The notes under the pieces: model-generated
What the model saw: the letters and a program-made list of their open reading frames with translations, nothing else
The model's database searches: none
What the model was told of the DNA's origin: nothing
Shown here: piece by piece, positions 8,063-15,880 of the stretch
How positions within the stretch are numbered: position 1 is the first letter of the stretch
Layout: each line of letters starts with the position of its first letter
Origin: Candidatus Saganbacteria bacterium
GTDB lineage: Bacteria > Margulisbacteria > WOR-1 > JAKLHX01
Reading direction: 5' to 3'
DNA length: 32,000 nucleotides
Assembly (NCBI GenBank): GCA_026387835.1
Contig: JAPLKZ010000013.1
Location: forward strand, 90,001 to 122,000
Made by a program: the position numbers and the translations under genes

Positions 8063-9514
8063 CTAAACGGTCCTTCTAAACTTATCCAGCCCCTGGATCT
8101 TAAGCAAATTGTTGACCATTCCCACGGCATCCTTTTTCAGGTCCGATACGGAAGATGCCAATTCGATGTAATCTTTTTTGTAGATCAGATCAGAGCCGGG
8201 GATGGAGGCAAAAACATTATAATAATCCTTGGTGACGGGGTTGTTCTTTACCGTTTCGGCGAAGTGTCTTATTGAAGCCGCGGAATCGCCCGCTTCATGG
8301 TACACTTCGCTGATCGCATACCTCGGCTCCTTGATCTCCATATTTATCATCACGCGCATACCGGGCACACAAACGCGGACAGCCGGGATGTCCAATTTGA
8401 GATGGGTCTTGTCGATGACAACGGTCTTGTATCCGGATTTTTCCAGTATCCCCATAATATAGAGTATCTCTTCCTTTATATCAGGCTTGCACGCGCTGGG
8501 GACCTCATCCATCGTGACGCTTTTTTTACTTTTCAGGAGCATCTCCGTGTTATATAAAGGAAGGAAACCCGTATGTTTTTTAGGCAGCGCGGACATGACC
8601 TCTTTCCAGTTGACATTCAGCTCTTCCTGAGAAACGCACATAAGGGAAAAACCCTCAAAATATTCTGCCAGGGCCCTGATCAGCGCTTTTTGCGGGTCCG
8701 TGCTAGCCCCCTGGCCGACCCCCTGATAAGTAAGTTTGTCTTTGTCCTGTTCGCGGATGCCGTAAGCTATGAAGGTCGGCACTTTGAAATCAAAAGAGAT
8801 GTCCTTTATTGTGAATTTGATCCCGTTCTTCTGAGAATTTTCCAGAACTCTTGTCACAAGAAGATTATTGATGCTTTCAAGCTTCAGGTCATTTCCCGGT
8901 TCCATGTCCATGAAAAGACGGCAGATGTTCTCCCTTTCTATGACCTCGCAAAGGGCCTGCAGTATAGCCTCTTCCATCGTGTTGCCGGCTGCGAGCCCGT
9001 TGGACCCGACCACCATGTTATGCCAGTTCACCGGATAATAGAACGGTTTCCGGTCGTTAAGGCACGTGCCCAGGACCCATTTAAGAGGTATGTCCTTTAT
9101 TTCCCTGAGCAGTTCATCGCGGTCTTTCAGGTCGATGAAATTGCAGAGGAAATATGATTCGTCAACTGTCTGGATATCCCCCTTTTTGATCTCGTTAAAG
9201 CTTTTCAGGCAATATCCCTCATAATGTTCATAATCAAAATGCAGCCACGAATACCGTTCCGCGAATTCCATGACCGCGCTGGCCTTTGATTGTTCCGGAG
9301 TGAGGCCCTTGCCGCTGGTCTTAAGTTTGTCGCTTATGCTTGAAAAAGAATAAGCGCCTTCAATGGCGTCTTTCCTGGGTTCGATCCTGAAACTTGACAG
9401 GTCAAGCATTGTTTCCAGATGTTTTAAGGCGTTTTCTATTGTCGAGGAAGGGTCCGTGACCTTGTCCTGGTCAAGCGTGTATTTTTTCGGGCAACTTTTA
9501 AGTTCGATCACCAT
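8063..9514 (-). CDS. ycaO: YcaO-domain protein (ATP-dependent amide-activating enzyme family), stand-alone
   Basis: YcaO signature blocks SGKGLTPEQSKASAVMEFAERYSW and SNGLAAGNTMEEAILQALCEVIERE, plus a later VRVCVPGM block. 483 aa. Confidence 0.85.
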   Translation of the reverse strand: MVIELKSCPKKYTLDQDKVTDPSSTIENALKHLETMLDLSSFRIEPRKDAIEGAYSFSSISDKLKTSGKGLTPEQSKASAVMEFAERYSWLHFDYEHYEGYCLKSFNEIKKGDIQTVDESYFLCNFIDLKDRDELLREIKDIPLKWVLGTCLNDRKPFYYPVNWHNMVVGSNGLAAGNTMEEAILQALCEVIERENICRLFMDMEPGNDLKLESINNLLVTRVLENSQKNGIKFTIKDISFDFKVPTFIAYGIREQDKDKLTYQGVGQGASTDPQKALIRALAEYFEGFSLMCVSQEELNVNWKEVMSALPKKHTGFLPLYNTEMLLKSKKSVTMDEVPSACKPDIKEEILYIMGILEKSGYKTVVIDKTHLKLDIPAVRVCVPGMRVMINMEIKEPRYAISEVYHEAGDSAASIRHFAETVKNNPVTKDYYNVFASIPGSDLIYKKDYIELASSVSDLKKDAVGMVNNLLKIQGLDKFRRTV

Positions 9515-9558
9515 AGGTCATTTCAATTATATATGTTCGCTGTCTTTATTCAAGAGGA

Positions 9559-10263
9559 TCAAACGGTCCCGGATAGATAAGCTTTCCTTGTCTTTTCAGG
9601 GAACTTTTCTATCGCGTACCTCAGCATGGTTCGAGGCATCTTCTTGTAATGCCCCTTTAAAAAATCCTCTTCTGTCTTTTGTGAGCATCTTTTTCCCGTC
9701 TCACGAAGCATCCAGCCGACGGCTTTGTGTATGAGGTCGTGCCCGTCATTTAAAAGGACCTTTGCGACCTTCAGGGTTTCTTTCGGATCGCCTCTTTTAA
9801 TATAGTTAAAGGTCGATAATATCGAGATCCTTCTTTCCCAGAGAGAGCTTGATCGCGCAAATTTATACAGGAGGCTTTTATCCTTGTCAGAAAGATATTC
9901 ACCTACTATCTGTTCCGCAGTAAGGTCTATCAGGTCCCAGTTGTTGATGAACCTCGTGTTATTAATGTATATATTAAATATCTTCTGCTTTTCGGCCTTG
10001 TCTGCCTTGCTATACTTCAAAACCAATATCAAAAGAGTGGTTAACCTTTCCTCATGATATTTGGAATGAAGAAGCTTTATGCAGTCGGGCAACGTGATAT
10101 CTCTGAACTTTTTTACAATGTTTCTGACATCCGGCACAACGATACCAAGGAAAACGTCTCCTTCCCCGTACTGCCCGGGCCCGGTCTTGAAGAACCCTGC
10201 CAGTATCTTTGCCTTTTGCGGGGAAGCGCAGTCGCGAAGGTCTTTTTTCAGTTTTGAAAGCAT
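9559..10263 (-). CDS. DNA alkylation repair protein (AlkC/AlkD-like HEAT-repeat family)
   Basis: 234 aa from ATG (rc of 10261-10263): MLSKLKKDLRDCASPQKAKILAGFFKTGPGQYGEGDVFLGI..WERRISILSTF..HDLIHKAVGWMLRE, a typical family pattern. The longer track ORF (to 10635) runs through a tRNA gene and was trimmed. Confidence 0.8.
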   Translation of the reverse strand: MLSKLKKDLRDCASPQKAKILAGFFKTGPGQYGEGDVFLGIVVPDVRNIVKKFRDITLPDCIKLLHSKYHEERLTTLLILVLKYSKADKAEKQKIFNIYINNTRFINNWDLIDLTAEQIVGEYLSDKDKSLLYKFARSSSLWERRISILSTFNYIKRGDPKETLKVAKVLLNDGHDLIHKAVGWMLRETGKRCSQKTEEDFLKGHYKKMPRTMLRYAIEKFPEKTRKAYLSGTV

Positions 10264-10283
10264 GATGAAATTATTGTTAAAAT

Positions 10284-10370
10284 CGGAAGGAGCAGGATTT
10301 GAACCTGCGGTGCGCTTGCACGCACAGTAGTTTTCAAGACTACCGCCATAAACCACTCGGCCATCCTTCC
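10284..10370 (-). tRNA. tRNA-Ser (anticodon UGA)
   Basis: 87 nt on the reverse strand: GGAAGGA acceptor pairs with TCCTTCC plus discriminator G; anticodon arm GTAGT-CTTGAAA-ACTAC; long variable arm TGTGCGTGCAAGCGCACCGC; T arm GCAGG-TTCAAAT-CCTGC. No encoded CCA. Confidence 0.93.
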
Positions 10371-10379
10371 ATGTCCCGC

Positions 10380-10406
10380 TCGCTTGCCCCGAGCCTGTCG
10401 AGGGGG
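10380..10406 (-). repeat. GC-rich motif copy 2, in the tRNA-Ser 5' leader
   Basis: The reverse strand reads CCCCCTCGACAGGCTCGGGGCAAGCGA. This matches dxr 318-345 except for the central 3-4 nt (AGG versus TTCG). It ends 9 nt before the mature tRNA-Ser 5' end. Confidence 0.8.
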
Positions 10407-10423
10407 CCACCTCTCCGTAAAAT

Positions 10424-10432
10424 ATTGTATCA
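10424..10432 (-). promoter_or_regulatory. Candidate extended -10 box for tRNA-Ser (and downstream alkylation-repair gene)
   Basis: The reverse strand reads TGATACAAT. This predicts a leader of roughly 45-50 nt containing the GC-rich motif. Confidence 0.4.
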
Positions 10433-10694
10433 CGGCTGTAGGTGCGTAGGATATCAGCACGACCTCCGGCAAATGACCAAATAATCCCGTTCCCGCGACA
10501 TTTTTTGGAAAAATCAAAATTGAGTGAAATTTCAAAAAATACCTGTCGAGAAGAATATGGCAAGAAATAACAGGCATGTAAAAAATACATCGCCGGTGAA
10601 CAAAGAAAAAACTGAAAGGAGGACTGGAAATACAAAAAAATTGAAGTTTCATAAATGTCCGGGGGCGAAAATATTTAAAGTAAGGAGATAACAG

Positions 10695-11768
10695 ATGATA
10701 GCAGTAAAAGGTTCCACAACAGTCCCGAAATTAGGATTACTGACCGTTCCCCTGCATTTTAAAGAATGCAAGCCAAGGCTCACCGGTATTCAAGATGCGG
10801 CAAGATTTGCAAAGAGCGCGGGATACGATACCCTTCAGGTAGCGATGTTCCCGACAGTAAGCAAAGACGGTACCATAAGGGATTTTTCCGCTATGACAGC
10901 TGATCCCAAGTTCCTTTTGGACAAAGCGAATGCTGCCGAGATCACGGAAGGATTAGCTGCAATAAAGGCTGAAACAGGAGTAGGCATCGATTCTGTATGC
11001 TTCTGCGCCAACCCGCTTGGCAACCTTGAAGACAGAGAACATTTAAAGGCGGTTATCGATGCAGGTGCAGTTCTGGGAGCAAGGTCCGTGGTTACTTTCA
11101 TAGGTAATCCGTTCCCATTAGCCGGCAAACCTCTTTCCGGTGCAGATCTGAGAAAGTTCTTTGTTGATAAGCTGGCGACCGACTATGCGCCGCTGGTCAA
11201 TCAGACAACGCAACTCGGTCTCGAGTTCGACGTTGAAGACTGCCCGATGTACTTCACGATGTCACCCAACGGATCGACACCGATCACGAACATGTTCTTC
11301 ACTCCCGCACTGAAAAGATTAGTTCTAAGTGTATTGCCGGACATAAAGATCCACTTTGATGGGTCGCACACAAGGAATTACCGCGGTGCGAGGGAAGAGA
11401 ACCCGGCTGCTTCAAGGACAATAGCCGAGATCATTGCAGAATTCGGCGATGCTTTCGGGCAATCGATCCACCTGAAGGACGGAGTTGATGATCCTAAGGG
11501 AATGGCTGATCATCTGGGAGCCGGCGACATGTTCGAGCCGAACACTCACACACAGGGATTATGGATCGCAAGAGCACCGGGCAGGGGAGCAATCGACTGG
11601 CTGCACTTTGAAATGGCAATGAAAGCATTTGCCCCACGGTCAACGGCAAGGATAGTAGAGCTGGAAGATACAAGCGCGTCTTCAAGGGCGGACAACGAAC
11701 AGTTGTTCATCGGTGTCGCACAGTTCTACAGAAATATATTTGAACAGGTTTACGGGTCCAAAGGCTGA
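10695..11768 (+). CDS. Putative sugar-phosphate isomerase/epimerase (xylose-isomerase-like TIM barrel)
   Basis: 357 aa with AAGGAG 6 nt upstream. Loose family resemblance only (GARSVVTFIG, SIHLKDG, IVELED) and the usual pairing with a Gfo/Idh/MocA gene. Confidence 0.5.
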   Translation: MIAVKGSTTVPKLGLLTVPLHFKECKPRLTGIQDAARFAKSAGYDTLQVAMFPTVSKDGTIRDFSAMTADPKFLLDKANAAEITEGLAAIKAETGVGIDSVCFCANPLGNLEDREHLKAVIDAGAVLGARSVVTFIGNPFPLAGKPLSGADLRKFFVDKLATDYAPLVNQTTQLGLEFDVEDCPMYFTMSPNGSTPITNMFFTPALKRLVLSVLPDIKIHFDGSHTRNYRGAREENPAASRTIAEIIAEFGDAFGQSIHLKDGVDDPKGMADHLGAGDMFEPNTHTQGLWIARAPGRGAIDWLHFEMAMKAFAPRSTARIVELEDTSASSRADNEQLFIGVAQFYRNIFEQVYGSKG

Positions 11769-11779
11769 TCTGACAATCA

Positions 11780-11803
11780 GGGCGGTCGCCTCGGCGACCG
11801 CCC
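11780..11803 (+). other. Perfect 11-bp inverted repeat between two operon genes
   Basis: GGGCGGTCGCC-TC-GGCGACCGCCC starts 12 nt after the upstream stop codon. No U-tract follows, so it is not a canonical terminator. Confidence 0.6.
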
Positions 11804-11836
11804 AGGTTCCGGAATAAGAAGAAAGGAGAAAAGAAG

Positions 11837-13027
11837 ATGCCAATAAGTACGACCGAAGTAGCAAACAGCAATTACAGAGTTAGAGTCGGGATAGTCGGCG
11901 GAGGAAGGGGTTTTATCGGTGGAGCTCATAAGGTTGCGATAGGCATGGGCAATAGAGAACTTGTCGCAGGAGCATTGCACCAGAACCCCACAATAGCCGA
12001 ATCAGAAGCTAAGGTTTGGGGTCTTAAGCGCGGATATCCTAATTATGAACAGATGATCAGGGAAGAAGCTTTGCTTCCCGCGGAGCAAAAGATCCAATAT
12101 CTTACGATAGTTACCCCTAACGTCACACACTTTGGAATAGCAAAAATGGCCCTTGAGAACGGGATCCCGGTGTTCTGCGAGAAGCCGCTGACGTTCGACC
12201 TCGCGCAGGCAATCGCACTTCAAAGGCTCGCGAAAGAAAAGAACCTTCCTTTTGGCGTGGCATACACGTACACGGGTTTCTGGGCGACAATGAAGGCAAG
12301 GGACCTGGTTATGAGCGGAGCTCTCGGTAACATAACAAGTGCCGACAGCTGGTACAATCAGGGCTGGCTGGACAAGGCGCTTGAATCAGCAGAGATGGCC
12401 AATGTCGGCGGTCATCAGCAGGCTGAATGGCGCACTGACCCGGCAAGAGCAGGCATTTCATGCTGCGGCGGTGATATCGGCACCCATGCGTTTCAGAATA
12501 TCCGTTTCATAACAGGGCTTGAAGCTCTGAGCGTATACGGATTCCTGAGAAAAGTCGTTCCGGGCCGAAAGCTGGACGATGAATTCCTGGCAGTAGCAAA
12601 TCTCAGTAACGGCGTACAGGCGACAGTCAGAGCATCGCAGATAAGGAGCGGAAAACAGAACGATGTGGGTTTTATGATCAGCGGCACAAAAGGCACGCTC
12701 ACTTGGGACATGCAGAGTTTCACGGAGCTCAGCCTTGAGGGCCAGGGGCCTAAACAGATATTCAGACAGGGGGATGAAGTGTCTGCAGCGCAGGCGCCTT
12801 TTGTCGGTCTTCCCGGTGCACACTGGCATGCACACTATGATGCGTTCGCGGCTCTCCATACAACAATGGAAGCACGCGTAAGGGCTCTCAATGGAGAGGC
12901 AGCGTCGATCTATCCGCACCCAACGGTCGCGGACGGAGTGGCAGGGATGGCGTTCATCAAGGCAACGGTCGAAAGCAACGAGAGAGGTCATATAGTTGCA
13001 CCTGTTGAACAGAACCCGACGAATTGA
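11837..13027 (+). CDS. Gfo/Idh/MocA family NAD(P)-dependent oxidoreductase
   Basis: N-terminal Rossmann block VGIVGGGRGFIGGAH, plus TPNVTHFGIAKMALENGIPVFCEKPLT, typical of the family. GGAG-containing RBS upstream. Confidence 0.85.
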   Translation: MPISTTEVANSNYRVRVGIVGGGRGFIGGAHKVAIGMGNRELVAGALHQNPTIAESEAKVWGLKRGYPNYEQMIREEALLPAEQKIQYLTIVTPNVTHFGIAKMALENGIPVFCEKPLTFDLAQAIALQRLAKEKNLPFGVAYTYTGFWATMKARDLVMSGALGNITSADSWYNQGWLDKALESAEMANVGGHQQAEWRTDPARAGISCCGGDIGTHAFQNIRFITGLEALSVYGFLRKVVPGRKLDDEFLAVANLSNGVQATVRASQIRSGKQNDVGFMISGTKGTLTWDMQSFTELSLEGQGPKQIFRQGDEVSAAQAPFVGLPGAHWHAHYDAFAALHTTMEARVRALNGEAASIYPHPTVADGVAGMAFIKATVESNERGHIVAPVEQNPTN

Positions 13028-13047
13028 TCGATAGTCCGATAATATTA

Positions 13048-13080
13048 GGCGGGCCGCAAGCGGCCCGCCTTTTCTTTTTC
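13048..13080 (+). terminator. Rho-independent terminator
   Basis: GGCGGGCCG-CAAG-CGGCCCGCC followed by TTTTCTTTTT. Confidence 0.85.
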
Positions 13081-13166
13081 ATAGGTCCGCCTTGCTTGAT
13101 TTGACCTGCCTTTTGCAATACAATAGAAATAAAGAAGCATTAATTATTCCGGAGGGGGTGAGTTTG

Positions 13167-13385
13167 ATGAAGAAAATGATAGCGATGATCGCCGTTTTGA
13201 TGTTCGTTGCGGTTGTTTATACCGGGTGCGCACCGTCAACAGAAAAAAAGACCGAGACAACAACAACGACAACAATGTCAACAACAGAAACTACAGTGGT
13301 AACAAAGGAAGCAGCAGCCAAACCGGCAGCAAAAACAGGAAAACATTTAAGGCACAAGAAACACAGCAAACACAGAATGAAATAA
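13167..13385 (+). CDS. Small putative lipoprotein, Thr-rich with a basic His/Lys tail
   Basis: MKKMIAMIAVLMFVAVVYTGC (signal peptide plus lipobox-like TGC), then TETTTTTTMSTTETT and KHLRHKKHSKHRMK. GGAGGGGG RBS upstream. ATG 13167 was chosen over the track TTG at 13092. Confidence 0.55.
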   Translation: MKKMIAMIAVLMFVAVVYTGCAPSTEKKTETTTTTTMSTTETTVVTKEAAAKPAAKTGKHLRHKKHSKHRMK

Positions 13386-13414
13386 TAATTTTTTACCAGA
13401 CTTAAAACAAGAAG

Positions 13415-13443
13415 CCGCTGGCAGAAACGTCAGCGGTTTTTTT
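13415..13443 (+). terminator. Rho-independent terminator
   Basis: CCGCTGGC-AGAAAC-GTCAGCGG followed by TTTTTTT. Confidence 0.8.
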
Positions 13444-13538
13444 GTTTTGTTAGATAAGTTATTCACTAGACCAAAAAACTGAACTATGTATATGTTCGAT
13501 ACTTGCTATTTCACATAAATAGATTAATATAGAAATAT

Positions 13539-15134
13539 ATGAACATATTACCCTTTTTAAAGAAACCCTCGACGGGTTCGGCATATGAAGACGAACGAAA
13601 TATCTATGTCGGCAACCTGAGCCTGGATGACCGGCCGGCAAGCGATCTGAAAGACCTGAGCGGCTTTTTCAAGAGAATACTTCACAAGAGGATAGACAGG
13701 TTCTGTCCCGACAAAAGAAAGGTCATCACCAGATTTCTCGAAATAAGTGACGCGGCCCATCTGGGATCCATCATTAAAAGGGCTCTCGATCTTGATAAGG
13801 GCCGGATATCGGCAAAACTCCGCGAGGTCATGGCCGAATTTTCCAAAAGGCATAGATCCATCGAGAATATATTTATGCGGAATTACCTGAAAGTCGCGGC
13901 TGCCGCCGAGTCCATATCACCCTCCCCGTCAAAAGAAAAAAAGCTTCTCATAGGATCCCTTTTCACTATGGAATATTCTTATGAATCAACAAGCCTGTTC
14001 AATCCTTCTGTTGTGCTGTATCCAAAGCAGAACGGCCTTAAAAAGGGGCAGGTCAGGGTCGTTTTCTGTTTCAGGGCCACAGGGGAGGGGCATATCTCAT
14101 CGATCATCTTCAGGAGCGCGGTGATAGATAAGAACAATGACATCTATCTTGAGCCGATAAGCCGCTTTGCCTCGACCCCCGCAGTTAACATGGACCCTAC
14201 ATACGAGAAGAAGATCTTCGCTGAAAAATTAAAAGACATAGGTTCGCTGGACGAAACAGCGGCGGCGATACTCGGCCGTCTCCCGGATAATTTTTCGTAT
14301 AACGAACTTATGAACGAGATAAAAGACTTTCTCCCTTCAGGATCAAATGACGTCGGCATGGCATCTAAGCTTTCTCCGGTCAAGATGAAGTGGCTTGCCG
14401 ACTGTAATTATGAGGTCTCATTTCCGCCTGATCAGCTGATATCCGAGAGAGTTTTATTCCCTGTCTCACCTACCGAAAGCAACGGAATGGAGGATGCCAG
14501 GTTCGTGCGTTTTACGCGGGACAGCGGAGATTTTATTTATTACGCGACGTATACGGCATATAACGGCATCTCTATTCTGCCGCAGATACTTGAGACAAAA
14601 GATTTTCATCATTTCAAGATGTCAACACTGAACGGGCCTTTTGCAAAAGACAAAGGCATGGCGCTTTTTCCCAGAAAAATAAACGGCAGATACGCGATGA
14701 TATCAAGGTCCGACGGTGAAAATCTTTTTCTGATGTATTCCGATAATCTGAATTTCTGGTACGAAGCAGTAAAGATGCAGGAACCGAGCCGGACATGGGA
14801 GATGGTCAAGATAGGCAACTGCGGCTCTCCGATAGAGACAAAGGAAGGCTGGCTGCTTTTGACGCATGGCATCGGTCCGATGAGAAAATACTGCATAGGG
14901 ATAGAACTTCTTGACCTGAACGACCCGTCAAAGGTGATCGCGAAGATGGAAGAGCCCCTTTTAAGCCCCACGGAAGAAGAGCGGGACGGTTACGTGCCGA
15001 ATGTCGTATATAGCTGCGGTTCTATCCTTATCCGCGATAAGCTGATCATCCCGTATGCCGAATCCGATTCGGTCTCAAGCATAGCGGTGATAAGGCTTAA
15101 TGAACTTCTTGATAAACTCTTGAAAAAGCGCTGA
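13539..15134 (+). CDS. GH130-family glycoside phosphorylase/hydrolase with a ~300-aa N-terminal extension
   Basis: The C-terminal ~230 aa show the GH130 pattern (NGMEDARFVRF, YYATYTAYNG, GMALFPRKINGRYAMISR, KIGNCGSPIETKEGWLLLTHG, YVPNVVYSCG). I could not assign the N-terminal half. Confidence 0.75.
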   Translation: MNILPFLKKPSTGSAYEDERNIYVGNLSLDDRPASDLKDLSGFFKRILHKRIDRFCPDKRKVITRFLEISDAAHLGSIIKRALDLDKGRISAKLREVMAEFSKRHRSIENIFMRNYLKVAAAAESISPSPSKEKKLLIGSLFTMEYSYESTSLFNPSVVLYPKQNGLKKGQVRVVFCFRATGEGHISSIIFRSAVIDKNNDIYLEPISRFASTPAVNMDPTYEKKIFAEKLKDIGSLDETAAAILGRLPDNFSYNELMNEIKDFLPSGSNDVGMASKLSPVKMKWLADCNYEVSFPPDQLISERVLFPVSPTESNGMEDARFVRFTRDSGDFIYYATYTAYNGISILPQILETKDFHHFKMSTLNGPFAKDKGMALFPRKINGRYAMISRSDGENLFLMYSDNLNFWYEAVKMQEPSRTWEMVKIGNCGSPIETKEGWLLLTHGIGPMRKYCIGIELLDLNDPSKVIAKMEEPLLSPTEEERDGYVPNVVYSCGSILIRDKLIIPYAESDSVSSIAVIRLNELLDKLLKKR

Positions 15135-15213
15135 CTGCTATTAACTTCCACGTTTCGCTATTGAACACCTTACTGGTGTTGAAAAAATCAACAGTATTGA
15201 TGGGATAAGTTGT

Positions 15214-15300
15214 CACGAATTGTCTCACGAATGAGTTTATCGCGAATAACGCCAATAAGAATTTTGCTAATTGTCGCGAATTATCACTAATCACACGAAT
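15214..15300 (+). repeat. Array of (C/G)ACGAAT-type heptamers upstream of the GxxExxY gene
   Basis: CACGAAT at 15214, 15226 and 15294; CGCGAAT at 15241 and 15275. Confidence 0.8.
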
Positions 15301-15346
15301 CGGGCGGGGAAATTGCTGGTAGGTCCATCATAGGAGGAAATTAATT

Positions 15347-15727
15347 ATGGGCGCAAAACTTATCCATGCCGAATTGAGCTATAAGTTGGTCGGGGTTCTT
15401 TACAAAGTATATAACGAGCTTGGCGGCGGGTATCAGGAAAAAATATATCAATCTGCGGTCAGAAAAGAGTTGAAAAAAAGCGGGATAAATTTTACCGAAC
15501 AATTGGGAATAGATCTGTTATATGACGACAAAAAAATAGGCAGATATTTTCTTGATTTTGTCATTGAGAACAAAATCGTGCTGGAGCTCAAGGTTGTCCC
15601 AAGATTTTCACCCCGCGACATAATGCAGGTGCTCGGTTATCTTAAACAGACCGGACTGGAGCTCGGCATTCTTGCCAGCATGAACAGAAATGGCATTATT
15701 ATGAAACGTATACTGAAAGGAAATTAG
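15347..15727 (+). CDS. GxxExxY protein (PD-(D/E)XK nuclease superfamily)
   Basis: 126 aa with GYQEKIY (GxxExxY) and DFVIENKIVLELKV (D..ExK). Strong RBS AGGAGG upstream. Confidence 0.85.
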   Translation: MGAKLIHAELSYKLVGVLYKVYNELGGGYQEKIYQSAVRKELKKSGINFTEQLGIDLLYDDKKIGRYFLDFVIENKIVLELKVVPRFSPRDIMQVLGYLKQTGLELGILASMNRNGIIMKRILKGN

Positions 15728-15731
15728 CGTT

Positions 15732-15809
15732 ATTCGTGTAAATTCGAGTTAATAAGTGAGATCTCTATTCGTGTGATTCGTGATACAGACAATTCGTGAA
15801 AGATTCGTG
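15732..15809 (+). repeat. Array of ATTCGTG heptamers downstream of the GxxExxY gene (reverse complement of the upstream array)
   Basis: ATTCGTG at 15732, 15767, 15776, 15792 and 15803; variant ATTCGAG at 15742. Confidence 0.8.
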
Positions 15810-15880
15810 ATAAATAGGCCTACACACAATTCTCATAATCTGCACTTAACTCATCCTCCATTGCGAAAGTGAGAAGAACT

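Noticed and set aside
8063-9560. YcaO as the core of a RiPP (azoline/thioamide) gene cluster.
   Set aside because: No precursor-like small ORF, partner (E1-like/TfuA), dehydrogenase, protease or transporter lies within the flanking genes. It is reported only as an orphan YcaO.
10264-10635. N-terminal 124 codons of the 358-aa track ORF (9559..10635, minus strand).
   Set aside because: This part runs straight through tRNA-Ser and its leader and translates to low-complexity text. Family similarity begins at the internal ATG at 10263.
10408-10694. Possible small RNA gene (for example SRP RNA) in the ~290-bp gap next to tRNA-Ser.
   Set aside because: I could not find SRP, RNase P, 6S or tmRNA signature sequences. 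The gap is mostly AT-rich promoter-like DNA plus the GC-rich motif.
15214-15809. Heptamer arrays as a CRISPR array.
   Set aside because: The repeat unit is only 7 nt, spacing is irregular, the two arrays are inverted relative to each other around an ORF, and there are no cas genes.
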